From assembly GCF_009914755.1 (NCBI RefSeq), contig NC_060928.1: a DNA stretch of 64,000 nucleotides; one strand, written 5' to 3'. The stretch is from the human T2T-CHM13v2.0 reference genome, Homo sapiens. Positions 62,535-64,000 of the stretch are shown here, in pieces (position 1 is the stretch's first letter; every line of letters begins with the position of its first letter). The notes under the pieces were generated by a model. It saw only the letters and a list, made by a program, of their open reading frames with translations. It had not been told where the DNA came from and ran no database searches. A program made the position numbers and the translations under genes.

Positions 62535-63925
62535 TTCTTATGTAAAAGAAAAATTAATTTAAACATAGATCTTATACCTTTAACCAAAAAATCAACTAAA
62601 AATGGATAATGGATCTAAATATAAAACACAAAACTATAAAATTCCTACAAGATAATAAAGGAAAAATTATATGATCTTGGATTTGGCAGTCACTTTTTAG
62701 ATACAACATGAAAAGCACTATCGATAAAAGAAAAACTTTATCAAAATCAAAATTAAAAACTTCTGTTTGTCAAAAGACAATGTTAAGACAATGAAAATGC
62801 AAGTCATACACTGGGGAATATGTTTGCAAAACACATATCTGATAGAGGACTTGTATCCAAAATACAAAGAATTCTTAAAATACAACAGTAGGAAAAGAAA
62901 AAAAGCCTAATTTTTTAAAGACAGTTAAAATATTTGAATAGACACCACACACACAAATATTACAGATGGCAAATAAGCAGATGAAAAGTGGCTCAATATG
63001 ATATGTCATTAGGGAATTGCAAATTAAAACAATGAGTTACTACTACACACCTATCAGAATAGCTAAAATCCAAAACACTGGCAAAACCTGAGGGTAAGAA
63101 TATGGCGCAACAGGAACTCTCATTTTTGATGAAAGTGCAAAATTGTACAGCCCTTTGGAAAACAGTCTGACAGTTTCTTGCAAAGCTAAACATAGTCTTA
63201 TCATATGATCCAGAAACTGTACTTTATCCAAATGAGTTGAAAACTTATGTCCATACAAAAACCTGCCCACAAATGTCTAGCAATCATAGTCACAATTTCC
63301 AAAACTTGAAAGCAACCAAGATGTCCTTTAATAGATAAACAGACCAATAAGCTGTGGCTTGGAATTATTCAGCAATAAAAAGAAATAAGCTAACAAGCCA
63401 AGAAATGACATGGAGGGAACTTAAATACATATTGCTAAGTCAAAGAAGCCAGTATAAAAAGGCTACATGCATGTGATTCCAAATATATGACATTCTGGGA
63501 AAGGGAAAACTATAAAGCCAGTAAAAAAAAAAAGTCAGTGGTTCTCCGGGGTCAGGCAGGGAGTGAGGGAAGAAGGAGAGATTAACAAGAGGAGCACAGG
63601 ATATTTTTAGAGCTAAGAAACTATTCTGTATGAAACTGTAATGGTAGATACATGACATTGTACACTTTCCAAAAACCATAGAATGTACAATACAAAGAGT
63701 AAACCTTATAATAAACTATGGACTATAGATAATAATAGTGTTTTAATATTGGTTAATCAGTTGTAACAAATATATCACACTAATGCAAAATATTAATAAC
63801 ATGGAAAACTGTGCAGGGAGAGTGGTGGGCATATGGGAACTCCCTGTATTTACTGCACAATGTTTCTGTAAACCTATATTTTTTCTAAAAAATAAAGTCT
63901 ATTAATACTTTTCAATAAAAAAAAT
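62535..63925 (+). mobile_element. L1MC1/2-like 3' fragment
   Basis: ORF2-end similarity (TTTGCAAAACACATATCTGATAGAGGACTTGTATCC) and L1MC 3'UTR (GACATGGAGGGAACTTAAATACATATTGCTAAGT...CTAAAAAATAAAGTCTATT). Confidence 0.88.
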
Positions 63926-64000
63926 TGTGAACGGTTTTATCTTGAGAAAAACAGAACTATGTCTAACAACATCAAGGAAAATCAGTCTTTATAATGTTAA

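Overview
Human, AT-rich, repeat-dense non-coding DNA with no CpG island. The human assignment rests on the young AluYb8 and AluYa5-type insertions. No host protein-coding exon could be recognised. The only long ORFs are a disabled LINE-1 ORF2 fragment (1-2166, minus strand) and pieces of a near full-length Tigger1 transposase (39678-42300). The window also holds about 15 Alu/FLAM/FRAM copies, L1 fragments of many ages, L2, MIR, L3/CR1, an ERVL-type LTR, and MER85, MER58A, MER20 and MADE1 DNA-transposon relics. Several non-coding exon candidates with good splice sites lie on the minus strand (8566-8667, 10210-10375, 12181-12267, 50695-50803), suggesting a lncRNA or a multi-exon 5'UTR; the host gene was not identified. 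The most interesting unexplained structure is a ~135-bp inverted repeat not recognisable as a known repeat (8336-8471 / 9779-9922). It brackets one candidate exon, and its left arm is flanked by a ~35-bp direct duplication, consistent with a templated inverted insertion that could create a long-range RNA duplex. Repeat subfamily calls come from remembered consensus features, not from a database search.
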